From assembly GCA_963677765.1 (NCBI GenBank), contig OY782392.1, positions 810,001 through 842,000 on the forward strand: 32,000 bases of DNA, written 5' to 3'. The position numbers were made by a program, and so were the translations under genes. The notes below the pieces were generated by a model, which searched no databases, had not been told where the DNA came from, and saw only the letters and a program-made list of their open reading frames with translations. This document shows, in pieces, positions 31,331 to 32,000 of the stretch (the first letter of the stretch is position 1; each line of letters opens with the position of its first letter). This DNA is from Candidatus Saccharimonadota bacterium. GTDB taxonomy: Bacteria > Patescibacteriota > Gracilibacteria > BD1-5 > UBA6164.

Positions 31331-31371
31331 AAAATTATTATTATTTAAATCTTATATATTAAAAATATAAA

Positions 31372-31758
31372 ATGGCAATTGAATCAGTAAATCATACAGT
31401 TGAAGCTGTTAATAACCTTAATAATGATATAAAGGGCTTAGAGAATAAATTAAATGATATAAAAGAGAAAACATGATTGTTCTCAGAATATTCTCCATCT
31501 GAAGGTATGGATAAAGTAATAGATACTATAAGTGATTTTATTAAAGAAAAATATGGAACTATAAATATTATATCAAATGCTTTGTCTAATTGAATTGAAA
31601 ATCAGGAGGTAAATCAGATTTTAACTAGTTTGGTATCTAAGATGGATATTTTAATATCTACTCTAAATGACAATTCAACATGGGTTAGTGGTTGATCAAA
31701 AGATAAATTTAATATGTTACTTGCAGAACTTAATACTGTTAAATCAAAAATTAGCTAA
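31372..31758 (+). CDS. hypothetical alpha-helical protein
   Basis: 128 aa (MAIESVNHTVEAVNNL...). N-terminus loosely similar to the preceding gene product. No family recognised. Confidence 0.5.
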
Positions 31759-31850
31759 AAAAATATTATTTTATTTGTAATTACTTATTGTTATATCTAA
31801 ATTAATATTATATAATATAATTCAATTCAATATAAACTAAAAAAACTATT

Positions 31851-32000
31851 ATGAAAAAATCTACATTAATTACTTCTATTATTTTTGTATTATTTATATT
31901 TACTTATGTAATTGTTGATGCAAGAGCATGATGATGAGGTTCTTCTAGCTCAGGTGATTGAGAGTCAGTTTTTTGAGCAGTTATAGCATGACTTATCTAT
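31851..32000 (+). CDS. small secreted/membrane Gly-Ser-rich protein, 3' end beyond window
   Basis: MKKSTLITSIIFVLFIFTYVIVDARAGGGGSSSSGDGE... Three consecutive in-frame TGA codons at 31929-31937. Confidence 0.5.

Noticed and set aside
31372-31758. WXG100/ESAT-6-like secretion substrate (TWVSGG segment), and paralogy with the preceding gene (both start M-x-IES)
   Set aside because: The W..G spacing and its position near the C-terminus do not fit the central WXG hairpin. The N-terminal similarity is only about 5 residues, which is too weak to claim.
1-32000. Reading the window as a heavily pseudogenised or low-coding region, because the standard-code track shows only short ORFs
   Set aside because: Interruptions are exclusively TGA, never TAA or TAG. 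They fall on conserved Gly positions of many unrelated families. Recoding restores full-length, motif-complete proteins.
1-32000. TGA=Trp (table 4, Mycoplasma/Spiroplasma-like) or selenocysteine
   Set aside because: TGA sits in P-loop and other Gly-invariant positions (GxxGxGKT, VGPRP, TGPNMGGKST). TGG remains the codon at Trp-like positions. Tandem triple TGA and the sheer frequency exclude Sec.
1-32000. CRISPR array or other regularly spaced repeats
   Set aside because: The recurring short palindromes are individual stem-loop/T-run terminators at gene ends with unrelated sequences. No repeat-spacer periodicity is seen.

Overview
AT-rich bacterial chromosomal fragment in which in-frame TGA is a sense codon for glycine (translation table 25, the Gracilibacteria/BD1-5 and Absconditabacteria/SR1 type of CPR/Patescibacteria). 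The supplied standard-code ORF track is therefore fragmented, and many of its ORFs are antisense shadows. I re-translated by hand with TGA=Gly and TAA/TAG as the only stops. The window is then densely coding, with about 33 CDS and one tRNA. Left to right: a membrane-anchored hypothetical; a 5'-truncated mutS; an envelope glycan cluster (GT4 glycosyltransferase, polyprenyl-phosphate sugar transferase); a STAS protein; tsaE; a YmdB-like phosphoesterase; a TetR/MFP/RND efflux locus; a coiled-coil hypothetical; a secreted M23 plus glucosaminidase-like peptidoglycan hydrolase; an MscS channel; an Ig/FN3 surface protein with a C-terminal sorting-like tail; recF; gatC; two small envelope proteins; then tRNA-Cys(GCA). 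The last 14 nt of tRNA-Cys (TTGGCACCTCCATA) recur exactly about 7.4 kb downstream. These repeats bracket an integrase-less island (23441-30860). The island carries a CBASS-like pair (TM-SAVED effector plus SMODS/CD-NTase with a C-terminal sensor-like extension), an orphan Toprim/DUF4435-like protein with an unrecognised N-domain, an Mrr-type nuclease fused to an HRDC-like domain, four very AT-rich small membrane proteins and a lipoprotein cassette flanked by a 39-bp duplication. Just upstream of tRNA-Cys is a GC-enriched element of about 150 nt. It reuses the tRNA promoter-proximal sequence and the first 18 nt of the tRNA, but it is not a tRNA. All calls rest on manual translation and remembered family motifs. 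No database search was run, and start codons are approximate in several cases.
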